Of a stretch of 64,000 nt of DNA, positions 8,296 through 20,000 are shown piece by piece (position 1 is the stretch's first letter; each line of letters opens with the position of its first letter). This DNA is from Bacteroidia bacterium (GTDB lineage Bacteria; Bacteroidota; Bacteroidia; UKL13-3). The notes beneath the pieces were generated by a model. It was not told where the DNA came from, did not search any database, and saw nothing but the letters and a program-made list of their open reading frames with translations. The stretch spans positions 108 through 64,107 of the forward strand of contig JAGPCK010000010.1 of NCBI GenBank assembly GCA_018058135.1, in the 5' to 3' direction. Made by a program: the position numbers and the translations under genes.

Positions 8296-8680
8296 TCCGT
8301 TTAAACCCGGAGATAAAAAGCAGTACATTAAAAAAGTTACTGAGCAGGACACCGCCAGTTTCGATAGTGGTGAAGTGCATCCGGTATATGCTACCTTTGC
8401 TTTAGGTCGGGATGCTGAATGGGTTTGCCGGTTGTTTGTTCTGGAAATGAAAGAAGCCGATGAAGAGGGGATAGGTACTTTTTTAACGGTGCATCATCAT
8501 TCGCCAGCATTATTAAACAGCGAAGTGATTTTTGAAGCAACCGTAAAAAATATCAACGGGCATGAAATCATTTGTACTTACACTGCTAAAGTAGATGAAA
8601 GATTAATTGCCAGTGGTGAACAAGGGCAAAAAATATTAAAAAAGACAAAACTGGAACGTTTGTTTGAGCAACTGAAATGA
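8288..8680 (+). CDS. hotdog-fold thioesterase-family protein (FlK-like)
   Basis: 130 aa. The pattern ...VHPVYATFALGRDAEWVCR... resembles small hotdog thioesterases. 8-nt overlap with mntH. Confidence 0.55.
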   Translation: MINPFKPGDKKQYIKKVTEQDTASFDSGEVHPVYATFALGRDAEWVCRLFVLEMKEADEEGIGTFLTVHHHSPALLNSEVIFEATVKNINGHEIICTYTAKVDERLIASGEQGQKILKKTKLERLFEQLK

Positions 8681-9141
8681 GTGAAAAGCACAAAGCACTA
8701 CAATTAAATATTGTCAACAGAAAAGCATCATTTGAATATGCCTTTTTGGCTAAATATACTGCCGGTTTACAGCTTACGGGCACTGAAGTGAAATCGGTGA
8801 AAGCAGGTAATGTCAATATTTCAGAGGCTTATTGTGCTTTTGAGTCGGGTGGATTATTCCTTAAAAACATGCACATTTCTGAGTTTAAAAGTGGCGGCCA
8901 TTATAATCACGAGCCATTAAGAGCGAGAAAACTTTTACTTAAGAAGAGTGAGCTGGAGAAAATAAAAGAGCGCATAAAAGAAAAAGGATTAACCCTTATA
9001 CCCATTAAAATTTTTCTCTCTGATACAGGATTTATAAAAGCAGAGGTTGCAGTAGCTAAAGGTAAAAAGTTGTTTGATAAGCGCGAAGATGTGAAGGAAA
9101 GGGATGTGGAAAGGCAGCTGAAACGTAGGGAATACGATTGA
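8677..9141 (+). CDS. smpB: SsrA-binding protein SmpB
   Basis: 154 aa. NRKASFEY...LTGTEVKSVK signature and a basic C-terminal tail. ATGA overlap with the upstream gene. Confidence 0.93.
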   Translation: MSEKHKALQLNIVNRKASFEYAFLAKYTAGLQLTGTEVKSVKAGNVNISEAYCAFESGGLFLKNMHISEFKSGGHYNHEPLRARKLLLKKSELEKIKERIKEKGLTLIPIKIFLSDTGFIKAEVAVAKGKKLFDKREDVKERDVERQLKRREYD

Positions 9142-9286
9142 ATCAGGCTTAGTTCACAGAGTTTTTACAACCATTTAGCGACTAAATACACATGTGTCTA
9201 TTTTTAAAGCGCTGATTTACTTTTACTTTACTTTAAATGTTGATAAGGGCTGTTTTAAATCATGTTTTTGTACGTATCGCATTTCC

Positions 9287-9294
9287 TAATTTTG
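9287..9294 (+). promoter_or_regulatory. candidate -7 box
   Basis: taattttg, 31 nt upstream of the ATG at 9326. A TTTG lies at 9267-9270, which is shorter spacing than the reported optimum. Confidence 0.35.
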
Positions 9295-9325
9295 GTGTGT
9301 AAATTTTTAACCTAATTACAATATC

Positions 9326-9859
9326 ATGAAAACAACAAAAAAATTAGTAGCTATTGCAGTGTTATGCATTGCTGGTCTTAGTGCAAGTGCACAGGCATGG
9401 GGCGAGCAAAAAGTAGTATCCCTTGGTGCAGGTTTCGGAGGCTCAGCTTTCGTTGCTTCTGGATCTGATGCTACATTGCCCCCTATTCAACTTCAAGTGG
9501 AGTTTCCAACGTCAATTGCTGACGGAAAAGTTGGTATTGGTGGCGTACTTGGTTACGCAGGTTCAAAGTATGAAGCAGGACCAATTAAAGTTACTTACTC
9601 TTATATTCTAGTTGGAGCCAGAGGTAATTACCACTTTTACAATACAGACAAAATTGATGGATACGGAGGTTTGACCTTAGGTTACAACGTTGCATCAGCA
9701 AAAGTAGAACCTTCTACATTTACTGCAGCTTCTGTTGGCGGTATCTTTTATGGTTTTTCTGTTGGTGGTCGTTACTACTTTACAGACAAAATTGGTGCTA
9801 ACTTAGAGTTAGGTTATGGGATATCCATAGCTACTATTGGACTATCAATGAAACTCTAA
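9326..9859 (+). CDS. small outer-membrane beta-barrel (porin-family) protein
   Basis: 177 aa. Signal peptide ...GLSASAQA. Alternating G/aromatic beta-strand pattern and a C-terminal ...IGLSMKL. Confidence 0.6.
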   Translation: MKTTKKLVAIAVLCIAGLSASAQAWGEQKVVSLGAGFGGSAFVASGSDATLPPIQLQVEFPTSIADGKVGIGGVLGYAGSKYEAGPIKVTYSYILVGARGNYHFYNTDKIDGYGGLTLGYNVASAKVEPSTFTAASVGGIFYGFSVGGRYYFTDKIGANLELGYGISIATIGLSMKL

Positions 9860-9867
9860 TTACATAG

Positions 9868-9929
9868 GTAGAGCTTTATAAATAAAAAAGGCAGCCAATT
9901 GGCTGCCTTTTTTATTTATAAAGCTCTAC
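9868..9929. terminator. bidirectional intrinsic terminator within a 62-nt perfect palindrome
   Basis: gtagagctttataaataaaaaaggcagccaa|ttggctgccttttttatttataaagctctac. GC core stem ggcagcc/ggctgcc with loop aatt, an A6 run upstream and a T6 run downstream. Lies between convergent genes. Confidence 0.75.
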
Positions 9930-10585
9930 CAAGCATTATCACCAATTAAAGGTACAAATCGAAAATCATCCAGTTCCACTTGTTCATAGCTGCCATCACT
10001 TTTTTTGATAACACTCACCATCTTTTGTGTTTTTTCATTACCCACAGGTATTATCATTACTCCCCCGGTAGCCAATTGACTTACCAGTGTGGGAGGAATA
10101 TAAGGAGCTCCGGCAGTTACAATAATTTTGTCATAAGGAGCAAAGGAAGGCCATCCTTTTGAGCCATCGCCCAGAATGAATGTGGCCTTGTACCCCATTT
10201 TACCTAAAAGTGATTTGGTTTGGTGATACAGGTTGGTTTGCCGTTCAATGGTATACACCTTAGCTCCCACTTCACACAAAACGCAGGTTTGATATCCAGA
10301 GCCTGTTCCTATCTCCAATACTTTATCTCCCTTTTGAATATGTAAAAGTTGAGTCTGGTAGGCAACCGTGAAAGGATGTGATATAGTTTGTCCGTCAGCA
10401 ATCGGGAAGGCCTGATCTTTATAGGCGAACTCATGAAATGTTTTATCGAAGAAAATATGGCGGGGTACTTTGCCTATAGCATCTAAGACAGTGGCATCAT
10501 GAATGCCCTTCTTCTTTAATTCATTGACTAATTGTTTGCGTTGCCCTTGTTGTTTGTAGCTGTCCTCAAAATGCGCCATACCCAC
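9926..10585 (-). CDS. pcm: protein-L-isoaspartate O-methyltransferase
   Basis: 219 aa. SAM motif VLEIGTGSGYQT and typical Pcm length and layout. Confidence 0.9.
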   Translation of the reverse strand: MGMAHFEDSYKQQGQRKQLVNELKKKGIHDATVLDAIGKVPRHIFFDKTFHEFAYKDQAFPIADGQTISHPFTVAYQTQLLHIQKGDKVLEIGTGSGYQTCVLCEVGAKVYTIERQTNLYHQTKSLLGKMGYKATFILGDGSKGWPSFAPYDKIIVTAGAPYIPPTLVSQLATGGVMIIPVGNEKTQKMVSVIKKSDGSYEQVELDDFRFVPLIGDNAW

Positions 10586-10629
10586 ATGTTCCGTTAATAA
10601 ACTGTACTATTCAGGGGGGCAAATTAAGG

Positions 10630-10637
10630 TAAATTTG
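10630..10637 (+). promoter_or_regulatory. candidate -7 box
   Basis: taaatttg, 17 nt upstream of the ATG at 10655. Confidence 0.4.
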
Positions 10638-10654
10638 TTTCAAATACTTCGCAA

Positions 10655-11623
10655 ATGGTAAGAGTTGGTATAGTGGCCACATCACCACGATTTAAAACGT
10701 TGGCTGAACGGTTGCATAAAATAAACGGGTTTGAGCCTGTGGGATATTATGCGGCAGGTGATGCAAAACAAGCCTTATCTGAAAAAGATAAGGTGTTCAA
10801 CTCCCCTGAAGAATTAATTAAAGCCAGTGATGCTGTGCTGGTTTCCTCACCGCAATATAATTATGATATAGCACAGGCTGTACTTCGTTCAGCCCGTCAC
10901 CTGTACATTGATATGCCCTTTGCTTTTGATGAAGCTCAGGCACAACACCTCCGCAATCTTTCACACGAGGCCAACGTTAAATTTCAAATCGGACTTTCTG
11001 AAAGATTAAATCCGGCTTTTATAGCAGCTAAGCAATACATACAACGTCCGTTATTTATTGAAGTGCATCGTCTGATGAATTACGATACCGAGAGCGCTTC
11101 AGGGTCAATTGTACTGGACCACATGATTCATGACATTGATACTGTTTTGCATCTTACAGGTTCAACCGTGAGAAAAGTAAGTGCCAACGGGGTTTCTGTG
11201 GTTAGTGATTCTCCTGATATTGCTAACGTTAGGCTGGAAATGAACAGCGGATGTACCGTAAATTTAACTGCGAGCCGTATCTCCAGGCAGAGCATGTGCA
11301 AAACACGTGTTTTCCAGTTTAATGCTTATGTAGCCATAGATTTTTTGAAAAACAGCTATGAGGTAGTACAACATACCCGTCAAAACGGCCGATTGACACC
11401 TGAAGAGTTACAGGAATTGCTTTGCGGGGGCAGTATTAACAGCGATATTAGCACGTTACAAAATCATATTCAGGAACAAGATAGGGTAAGAACAGAATTA
11501 GAGTTATTTTTGCATTCGATAAACGCCAATACCAATCCTGTGGTAAGTTTTAATGAAGCTTTTCAGGCATTGGATGTTGCCCGCCAAATCATGGAGAAAA
11601 TCAATAACAGCGGTATCGATTAG
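10655..11623 (+). CDS. Gfo/Idh/MocA-family oxidoreductase
   Basis: 322 aa. N-terminal Rossmann-like VRVGIVATS... and family-typical length. Confidence 0.75.
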   Translation: MVRVGIVATSPRFKTLAERLHKINGFEPVGYYAAGDAKQALSEKDKVFNSPEELIKASDAVLVSSPQYNYDIAQAVLRSARHLYIDMPFAFDEAQAQHLRNLSHEANVKFQIGLSERLNPAFIAAKQYIQRPLFIEVHRLMNYDTESASGSIVLDHMIHDIDTVLHLTGSTVRKVSANGVSVVSDSPDIANVRLEMNSGCTVNLTASRISRQSMCKTRVFQFNAYVAIDFLKNSYEVVQHTRQNGRLTPEELQELLCGGSINSDISTLQNHIQEQDRVRTELELFLHSINANTNPVVSFNEAFQALDVARQIMEKINNSGID

Positions 11624-11627
11624 TTAA

Positions 11628-12530
11628 ATGATAAAGAAAAATAATTTGTACAAGTCAGGCCTGTTATCGGCCCTTTTAGTTGTTTTATTTCAGTTCAGCG
11701 GATGTGAGGTTATAAATCCTGATGAAGAGATTCCTTCTTATCTGTACATACCCAAAATTACATTAAATACAGATTACCCTTCTCAAGGCTCCAATTCTAA
11801 CGGCATTGCCGATGGGTGGGTTTATGTCGATGACTATCTGATTGGAGTTTTTGAATTACCCGCCACTATACCGGTAACTAAAAAAGGATATTGTAAAATT
11901 GAGATTCGGGCCGGTATCCGTAAAAACGGACAGTCAAACAGCAGGATGTATTATCCGTTTTATTCTACTTATGTAAAGTACACTACTTTGGCACCTAAAG
12001 TAACGGATACATTGGGGCCTATTGTTGTAGGATATCAGAACAATATTAACTTTAAGTTGATAGAAGGATTTGATGAACTAAGTACCAAATTTGAGATTAC
12101 TAAACGTTTTCTTAAAGATACATTTGTTACGGTAACTAATCCTGCAGAAGTATTCGGTGGAACAGGTGGGTCAGGTTTGCTGGAGATGAAAGCGGATACA
12201 TCAAGCGTGTTGGAGATTGCCACTATCAGCGAGTATTCTTTACCCGGTTCAGGTGCTGATGTATTTGTTGAGTTGGATTATAAATGTGACTTTCAGTTTA
12301 CTTTAGGTTACATAGCTATTCCAAGCGGAGATATTCCTCAATACACTTCTATCATAACATTTTACCCCACAGATAGTATTTGGAAAAAAGCCTACATCAG
12401 TCTTAAAGAAGATATTGGTTCACAGGCAGAAGGGACTAAATATAAACTTTTTATGGGAAGTGCAAAAGGAGGTAAATTGTACCAGCCCAAAATTTACATT
12501 GATAACGTAAAACTGGTTCACTTTGAATAA
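11628..12530 (+). CDS. lipoprotein of unknown function
   Basis: 300 aa. Lipobox LFQFSGC. No motif I recognise. Confidence 0.55.
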   Translation: MIKKNNLYKSGLLSALLVVLFQFSGCEVINPDEEIPSYLYIPKITLNTDYPSQGSNSNGIADGWVYVDDYLIGVFELPATIPVTKKGYCKIEIRAGIRKNGQSNSRMYYPFYSTYVKYTTLAPKVTDTLGPIVVGYQNNINFKLIEGFDELSTKFEITKRFLKDTFVTVTNPAEVFGGTGGSGLLEMKADTSSVLEIATISEYSLPGSGADVFVELDYKCDFQFTLGYIAIPSGDIPQYTSIITFYPTDSIWKKAYISLKEDIGSQAEGTKYKLFMGSAKGGKLYQPKIYIDNVKLVHFE

Positions 12531-13941
12531 GCGCCTACAGGTTCTTAAGTACATGGCATGGGATTACTTCTCTGCAGTAATTGCCTGGTTGTCTTTTTTT
12601 GCCTATAGAAAATTATTTATTGAACCGGATAAGTTCGGTTACCAGATTCCGGTAGAGCCGGATATAAACCTGTATCTGGGTTTAATTGTTATTCCATTGT
12701 ACTGGATAGCCTTGTATGCGGCCACCGGTACTTACCTGAATATTTACAGAAAAGCCCGTTTGAATGAAATTCTTCAAACACTTCAAAATTCTGTACTAGG
12801 CGTATTAGTACTGTTTTTTTTGTTGTTGTTGGATGATCAGGTTAGTTCCTACACGGCTTATTACAAAACTATCATTACGCTGTTAGGATTGCATTTCACC
12901 TTTACATCGGTAGGAAGGTTTTATTTATCAAGTAAAACAGCACATCGTCTTCGCAACAGAGAAATAGGTTTCAACACCATCATAGTGGGTTCTAATGAAA
13001 AAGCACTGGAGTTATATCAGGAATTTGAATCGGATAAGCGCTCTCAAGGGTATTTTTTAAGAGGGTTTGTTACGGTAAATGAACCGGAGAACGAACATCT
13101 GCTTTCAGGAAAGCTGCCAAATCTGGGGCAATATCACGATTTACCCAAACACATCAGAGATAAAAATGTGGAAGAGGTGATTATTGCCATTGAAAGTTCA
13201 GAACATAAAAAGCTGAATGAGATTATTAATCTGCTGGAAGATGAGCGAGTGATTATAAAAATTATTCCGGATATGTATGATATCATATCGGGCTTAGTGA
13301 AAATGAACCATATCTTCGGTACAGTTCTAATTCAAATTAATCCGGAGATAATGCCGGCCTGGCAGCAGAGTTTAAAAAGAACTATTGATATTGTATTCTC
13401 TGTATTGGTACTCATTCTTTTGTTACCCGTTTATTTGATTTTGGCCATCGGGGTAAAAATGTCTTCCAAAGGTCCGGTTTTTTTCAAACAGGAGCGTGTT
13501 GGTTGGCACGCAAAACCCTTTTACATATATAAGTTCAGAACTATGTATACTGATGCTGAAAAGCATGGTCCGGCTCTTTCCAGCAAAGAGGATAAACGTA
13601 TTACTCCTTTTGGCAGAATACTCCGCAAGTTCAGGTTAGATGAGTTGCCACAGTTTTTTAATGTAATTAAAGGCGAAATGTCGTTGGTTGGTCCCAGACC
13701 CGAGCGCCAGTTTTTTATTAATCAGATTGTACAAAGGGCACCACACTATAAGCACCTGCACAAGGTTCGTCCGGGAATTACTTCCTGGGGTCAGGTAAAG
13801 TACGGGTATGCCGAGAATGTTGACCAAATGATTGAGCGACTGAAGTTTGATATTATCTATATCGAAAATATGTCTCTGGCCGTTGATTTGAAAATCCTCA
13901 TATACACCGTCCTTATCATTTTTCAGGGTAGAGGTAAGTAA
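12523..13941 (+). CDS. polyprenyl-phosphate glycosyl-1-phosphate transferase (WbaP/WcaJ-like sugar transferase)
   Basis: 472 aa. N-terminal TM bundle. C-terminal bacterial sugar transferase motifs KFRTM...DELPQFFNVIKGEMSLVGPRP. Confidence 0.85.
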   Translation: MNKRLQVLKYMAWDYFSAVIAWLSFFAYRKLFIEPDKFGYQIPVEPDINLYLGLIVIPLYWIALYAATGTYLNIYRKARLNEILQTLQNSVLGVLVLFFLLLLDDQVSSYTAYYKTIITLLGLHFTFTSVGRFYLSSKTAHRLRNREIGFNTIIVGSNEKALELYQEFESDKRSQGYFLRGFVTVNEPENEHLLSGKLPNLGQYHDLPKHIRDKNVEEVIIAIESSEHKKLNEIINLLEDERVIIKIIPDMYDIISGLVKMNHIFGTVLIQINPEIMPAWQQSLKRTIDIVFSVLVLILLLPVYLILAIGVKMSSKGPVFFKQERVGWHAKPFYIYKFRTMYTDAEKHGPALSSKEDKRITPFGRILRKFRLDELPQFFNVIKGEMSLVGPRPERQFFINQIVQRAPHYKHLHKVRPGITSWGQVKYGYAENVDQMIERLKFDIIYIENMSLAVDLKILIYTVLIIFQGRGK

Positions 13942-14035
13942 TTCACTTATTTCTGCGCGTTTTCCACAAATTCGATGTGAGTTATTGGATTTATGTATAA
14001 AACGCACTAATTTTCCAAAAAATAAACCTTAGCAT

Positions 14036-17000
14036 ATGTATAACACTTTACCTAAACAGTTCTACTTGCACAAAGATTGTGTAAATAGAAAAGCGAAGAG
14101 CGGGCTTATAAAAGTCAGTTTTCTTCTGTCAACTTTTTTCTTCGTGTTGTTTTTTTCCCATCAACTATTTGCTCAGAACACTACGGTACTTTCTGAAAGT
14201 TTTGATGGTGGATTTCCACCAACAGGCTGGACTAATACTGCAGCAGGAAGCGGATTGAATTGGGCGCGAGTTACCTCATCTACTTATCCGTCAGGAATAT
14301 CGCCAAGAAGCGGATCTGGTTTACTTAGGCTGAATTGTTTCAGTGTGAGTAGTGGAACAGCGACATTAATTTCCAGTTCCTTTAGTTTGGCCGCCCGAGG
14401 TACTAATAACGCTATTGTTTCTGTGTGGGTATACCGTGAGAATGGGTATTCGACTGATAACGATAGTATATCAGTTCGTATAAACACATCGTCAAGTGTT
14501 ACCGGTGCAACATATCTTGGCTTTGTAAGTCGTTCACGAAGCCTTGCTCCCGTGGTAGCTACTGATGGCTGGTATAAGTATGATTTTAATTTGCCAGGAT
14601 CATTTAACACTGGAACTAATTACCTTATTATAGAAGGAACATCGAAGTACGGAAACGATATTCATATTGATGATGCTAGTTGTACAATTTTAGGCCCGAT
14701 GATTTATTCATCATCTACAACCAACCAAGCTTCTACTAGCCCACTAGGGGCTTCTGCAACTAATCAAGTTATTTTAGGAGTTCCGGTTACAGTTAGTGGA
14801 AGTGCTACAACAATTGCATTAACAGGAATTAATTTTAACACAACTGGTACCACGAACGTGGCAGATATTTCTGGCGCGAAAGTCTACTTTACAGGCAGCA
14901 GTGCAACATTTTCAACGACAACACAGTTCGGTTCAACAGTTAGTAGTCCATCGGGTGCATTTTCGGTTACAGGTTCTCAGAATCTGGCTGACGGAGTGAA
15001 TTATTTCTGGCTGGCGTATGATATTTCTGCTACTCCCGGTAATTTAAATCTTATAGATGCGCAATGTACACAGGTAACTGTGGGTGGAACAAACTACACT
15101 CCAACTGTAACTAATCCGTCAGGCAGTCGTCAAATTCTATTTCCTCTGTCAGGTGTTTATAATGTTGGTGTATCAGGTACTTTTTCTACATTAACCGCTG
15201 CAATTACTGCCTTGAATTCCGTTGGAGTTGGAGCTCCAGTAACTTTTAATCTTACAGACAATATTTATGGTGTTAATGAAACTTTCCCTATTGTTATTAA
15301 CCAGTTTTCAGGCGGAAGTGCAGTAAACACAGTTACTATAAAACCTGCATCAGGTGTTGATGCAACTATCACGGGAAATGCTTCTTCTATTTTGTCATTA
15401 AACGGAGCAGACTTTGTTACCATTGATGGTTCAAATAGCGGTACAAGTTCCCGTAACCTTTCAATCATCAATAGTAATACAGCAAGTAGTTCAGTTGTGT
15501 TATTGGCGAGTTTAGGAACTGCTGCAGGAGCAACCAATAACACTATCAAGAATTGTAATATTTCGAATGGTGCAACAAACGTTGTTACTTATGGCATTTC
15601 TATAGGAGGTGCAACACCGGGTTCAACAGGTGCGGATAATGATAATAATACAGTACAGAACAATATTATTGGTACAGTTACAACAGGTATCTATGCAATT
15701 GGTACCAGCTCTGGCTCAACAGGAGGTAATGATAACCTTAATATTTCAGGGAATACGGTAAGTTTTGTTTCCTCAATTAGTGGATGTTACGGAATACGAG
15801 CTGGAAACACATTAAACTCTTCAGTGAGCTTAAATAACATCAGTATAGAGACATCAAGCGGAACCATGGTTGGTATATCATTGGAGACAGGGTTCATTTC
15901 ATCTGTAGTAAACAGAAACCTGATAAGCAAGGTAAAAGCAACCAGTACGTCAGCCTTGCCTGTTTTAAGAGGAATTACATTAGCTACCGGACAAACAGGT
16001 AGTTCTGTTACGATAAGTAACAATGTTATTTATGACGTTATTGCTGCCTATTCAACTACCAACGCTGCATCAAATTGCACGGGTATTATGTTAGGAGCAG
16101 TTGGGGTGAGCACCACCACCACTACCACCACTGGCGGTGTAAATATGTATCACAATAGCATTAATCTTACAGGAAATGTAAACAGGAATGGATCATGTCT
16201 TCAGTATGGGGTGTTTGTTGGGGCAAACGTATCGAGCCTTGATTTCAGAAATAACGTTATCAGCAATGCGATTGTTAATATAAATGCTACACCAGGCACT
16301 TCAAAATCCTTTGCCGTTTACTCACTTGCTGCGAATACAGCATATTCCAACATGAATAACAACTGCTATTTCGTTGGAGCTACACAAGGAGTACTTGGCT
16401 ACATAGGTGCAACTGATAGAACTACTTTAGCGGCAATTCAAACAGGGTTCGGTCAAAACGCCAGTTCAATTTCATCAAATCCCTTATTTAATGCATCAAA
16501 CAACCTTCGCCCAACTGCTAGTTCTCCATTGCTAAATGCCGGAGTAACAATTGCGGGGCAAACTACAGATTTCAGAGGCACCACAAGAAGTGTAACTACT
16601 CCAACCATAGGTGCATATGAGTTGGGGGGAGAGTTTCTTTTACCTGTGATTTCATTTACAACGCTGTCTAATACTGCTTCTACGGCCAATAGAGTAGAAA
16701 CAGGTTTTGCTACCATTACCGATGCTTCAGGTATCAATATAACTTCAGGTACACGCCCCAGACTTTACTTTAAGAAGTCAACCAACGCCAATACGTTTGC
16801 GGGAAACACCAGCGCAGACAATGGTTGGAAATGGGTTGAAGCAACAGATACCATTTCGCCTTTCGACTTTACCATTGATTATTCCTTGTTAACAAGCGGA
16901 GGGGTAACTCAAGGTGACATGATTCAATACTTTGTTGTAGCACAGGATATGGCATCTGTGCCCAATGTTACAGTAGCTAATGCTCAACTTCTTTCTGAAC

Positions 17001-20000
17001 CGGCATCTGTTAATCTCAACAGTTCACATTTTCCTGCAAGCGGAAATATTAACAGCTACACTATCGCATTTCAGTTAAGTGGTACTTACTTGGTTGGAGC
17101 AGGCCAAACCTATACTTCACTAACAAATGACGGAGGCTTTTTTCAATATGTAAACAGCAATGTTGTTGCAGGTGATGTGGTAGCATTAATAACGTCTAAC
17201 CTTTCTGAGACCGGTGCAATCGCTTTGAATCAAACTACAGAGTTCGGTGGAAGTAATTTTAAAATCAGCATTCAGCCTAGCGCTCCAAGCGTAAGAACCA
17301 TAAGTGGAAATTACGTTGGTGGTTTAATTCGTTTGAACGGTGCTGACCGCGTATCGATTGATGGCAGGTTCAACAATAGCGGAACAGGTAATTACTTAAC
17401 CATTGTGAATTCAGCAACCTCAGGTGTGACTGCCGCTGTTCAGTTAAGCAGTTTAGGCAACGGACAAGGTGCTACAAACAATACTATTCGTAACTGTACC
17501 TTCTCATTACCTCGAACAGGTCCTACCTCAATTGGTATTGCTGTTGGCGGAGTATTAGGTAATACAGGATCTGACAATGATTCTTTAGCAATTATGAACA
17601 ATGTTATCCGTTCAGGTGCTTATGGTATTTACGTGGGTGGTAATATTGCTCCAAATACTACCGATGAGGTTGTTATCACCAGCAATATTATAGGTGGCGA
17701 CACTTTAGCCACATCAGGTGCACTTTTAGCTAATATTACTGGACTTACATGCAATACTAATAGTGTATCAAATGTAATAAGCACTGCTGCTCCTTCAGCC
17801 CTTACTTTGAATGCAATAAAGAATGCATCCTTTGCAGGAAATACGATTACCAATGTTCAAGGAGCAGGCGGCAATACTACAGGCTTATCAATTGTTGGTG
17901 CAGATTCAAATATTATTGTAAGTAATAATGTGGTTAGGAATGTTTACTATACCAGTACAGGAGGTTACGGTGCAAGGGGTATTGATGTCAATACAACTTC
18001 TGCAAATAGTAATATATCTGTAATCAATAATGTGGTAAGCAATATTTTAGGAGATGGAGATCAGGATATTGAAGCATACAGTACTGCTGGTATTATGATC
18101 AGAAATACTTCTGGTAATGTAAAAGTGCATCATAATACAGTTCGTTTAGGTGGCGCAATAACAGTAGGCACATATACCTCTCGTTCCGCTGCATTCTATT
18201 CAGGAGCCTCTACCACCAACATTGATGTACGTAATAATATATTTACCAATGATATTGTAAAAACAAATATTACAGCTTCTGAAACATTTGCTATTTTTAA
18301 TAATGCAACAACAAACAGTAACCTTACAGGTATAGCGTATAATAATTACGTTGCTACAGGATTTCAAGCCAGAACGGGTTACAGTTCAGGCGCTAACAGA
18401 AATACACTCAGCGATTGGAAATCAAATGTAACTTCAGATGTAACATCAACTTCGCGTATTGTTAACTTTATTGACACCACCCAATCTAATCTCAGGTTAG
18501 CAGGTTCTTCAAACGGAGATTTTTACCTCAGAAGTATTAATCTTAATAATTCACTTACTAATGCAGATTACGACAACGTAACCCGCAGACCTATTAGTTA
18601 CATGGGTGCATTTGAAGGTTCAACTCCTTTAACCATGAGTGTAAATGCAGGTGTTGATACTGCTGTGTGCAGTGGTTCTTCTGTACAAATTGGCGCAGCC
18701 AACATTGTAACAGGAGGTATTGCACCTTATACCTATGCATGGAGCCCATCAGCCGGTAACACTTCGAACCCAAGTGTTTCACCTACATCTAACACCTCAT
18801 ACATTGTTACTGCTACAGATACTTTCGGATTTACAGCATATGACACTGTTTTTGTAACTGTGAATAGTCTGCCAAATTCCCCATCCGCAAGTGGACCTTC
18901 TAACCTGTGTGCAGGAAATACGGCCAATCTAACAGCTACTGGTACTGGTACGTTTAACTGGTTCAAAAATGCCACAGGTGGAACAGCTTTAGGTACAGGT
19001 AACAATTACACTACAGCAGCACTAAACACAAACGATAGTTTTTATGTGAGTGTTACTAATGCACAAGGATGTAGTAGTACCAGAACAAAGGTGAATGTGA
19101 ACGTTACCTCGCCTGTTGCTCCTACAGTATCTAATGCCACTATATGCTCGGGTAATACTGCTTCACTAACTGCAATAGGCAATGGTACATTGAACTGGTT
19201 TAAAAATGCCGCAGGTGGATCAGCTCTCGCTACCGGTGCAAACTATACAACTGTTGTACTCAATTCAAATGATTCATTCTTTGTGCAGTCAACCCTTAAT
19301 GGATGTACTAGCACCCGTACTCGTGTAAATGTAATTGTGAATGCAACACCTCTTGCACCATCAGTAGCAACTCCTGCTTCTATTTGTGAGGGTAGCAGTA
19401 CTCAGGTTATTGCTTCTCCATCAGCAGGTACTACCCAATGGTTTACAGTTGCGACTAGCGGAACTGCTTTTTCTACAGGAGATACTTTAAACACATCTAA
19501 CCTTACTGCGAATACTACATATTATGCGGGCAAATCGTCTGGAAGTTGTGTGAGTACTTCACGCACAGCTGTTACAGTTACAGTTAATGCGATTCCTGCA
19601 CTACCATTAGTTGCAGGGGCTACATTATGTGACGGAGATTCAACTATTTTAACAGCAACTGGTTTTGCTACAGGCGACAGTATTATGTGGTACGATGCTG
19701 CTACTAATGGTAACATGTTAGGATCAGGTTCAGCTTACACTACTTCTGCACTTTCAGCTAATGCTACTTACTATGCAGGAATTAAATCAGCCGCAGGTTG
19801 TATAAATGCAGCCCGCACCTCTGCTTTAGTAACAGTGAACCCGATTCCTGCAGCACCTCAGGTAAACAACGAAACTGCTTGCGAGGGCACCAGTGCTACA
19901 TTTGACTATAGCAATACAACAGGTAGCCTGAAATGGTATGATGCAGCCACCGGAGGAAGTGCGAGCCATACCGGTAATGTATTCAATACTGGTACTGTCA

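Noticed and set aside
9142-9325. Possible tmRNA (ssrA) or other ncRNA next to smpB.
   Set aside because: The spacer is only 184 nt and AT-rich. It has no tRNA-like acceptor/T-arm sequence (no GGTTCGA-type motif) and no tag-peptide reading frame. It is better explained as the promoter region of the porin-like gene.
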